Origin: an uncultured Christensenella sp.
Lineage (GTDB): Bacteria; Bacillota; Clostridia; Christensenellales; Borkfalkiaceae
Length of the DNA: 64,000 nt
NCBI GenBank assembly: GCA_910577055.1
Contig: CAJTKX010000005.1
Span: 116,481-180,480 of the forward strand
Reading direction: 5' to 3'
Shown here: piece by piece, positions 63,648 to 64,000 of the stretch
Position numbering within the stretch: the first letter of the stretch is position 1
Layout: every line of letters starts with the position of its first letter
The notes under the pieces: model-generated
What the model was told of the DNA's origin: nothing
What the model saw: only the letters and a program-made list of their open reading frames with translations
Databases searched by the model: none
Program-made: the position numbers and the translations under genes

Positions 63648-64000
63648 ATGTTGAAATTTAATGAATTTTTAGAAGCTAACAGCAACAAATTAAAAGACGA
63701 TACGGTTCTTTTAATCGTATGCAATGCAAAAAGCAAAACTGTCGCGTCGCAAAATTATAACGATTTTTCAATAGATACCGAGTTTCTGTCGGACGATGAA
63801 TTGAATGAAATTACGGGTATGGCACAAGCACAAGGTATTCCTTTCAGAATTTTTTACGACGAAAAAGATTTCATGGAAAACTTGCTGTTAAATGACAGTA
63901 AATACTTCGACCGATTTATAGTATACAATTCTGCTCAAAACGGGGTTGGTCCTGGACGAAAAGCTTTGATACCTAGCATTTGTAAATATTTTAACATTAG
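63648..64000 (+). CDS. hypothetical protein, 5' part only (runs off window end); weak resemblance to ATP-grasp pre-domain
   Basis: ATG is preceded by GAGGGAAA. The frame is open to the window end and the gene is divergent from the integrase. Confidence 0.3.
   Translation, partial: MLKFNEFLEANSNKLKDDTVLLIVCNAKSKTVASQNYNDFSIDTEFLSDDELNEITGMAQAQGIPFRIFYDEKDFMENLLLNDSKYFDRFIVYNSAQNGVGPGRKALIPSICKYFNI

Noticed and set aside
63554-63736. An N-terminal 61-aa extension of the integrase ORF (MLFALHTIK...).
   Set aside because: The conserved recombinase N-domain starts at MDYLLKF, which has a good RBS. The extension overlaps the divergent promoter region.

Overview
This ~64 kb window (about 50% GC) is mostly core chromosome from a Firmicutes/Clostridia-like bacterium, read under the standard genetic code. 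The low-GC 3' end is the exception. Recognisable housekeeping blocks are rpsF-ssb-rpsR, rpoB-rpoC (not preceded by rplKAJL), S4-ispDF-membrane protein-radA, rpsU-hypothetical-pcrA-ligA, parE-parC-like topoisomerase IV, flotillin/NfeD, cca, pepV-like, a HisKA_3/LuxR two-component pair, and several ABC exporters. Accessory or unusual content is as follows.
- An IS200-type insertion beside tRNA-Arg keeps both terminal hairpins but carries a single in-frame TGA in tnpA.
- Each of the two tRNA genes (Arg-ACG, Leu-TAG) is preceded by a partial copy of its own 5' half.
- A 1860-aa membrane-anchored giant surface protein lies behind a promoter carrying a perfect 9-6-9 palindrome, and is followed by a truncated sugar-transferase remnant.
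- A DAGK-like kinase gene sits in an operon with a PAS/Cys5/PP2C sensor phosphatase gene.
- RpoB carries a ~90-aa poly-acidic C-terminal tail.
- A transmembrane BspA-type LRR protein has tandem zinc ribbons at its N-terminus.
- An XRE regulator plus a small Cys/His protein form a module bracketed by two nearly identical palindromic hairpins.
- A low-GC island edge (positions ~61.85 to 64 kb) carries a P-loop kinase gene, a G12 tract and a tyrosine integrase.
No CRISPR array, rRNA gene or obvious complete defence operon is present. I could not see a clearly novel multi-gene system; the candidates worth follow-up are listed as findings. Hand-counted coordinates of hairpins and tRNAs may be off by 1-2 nt.
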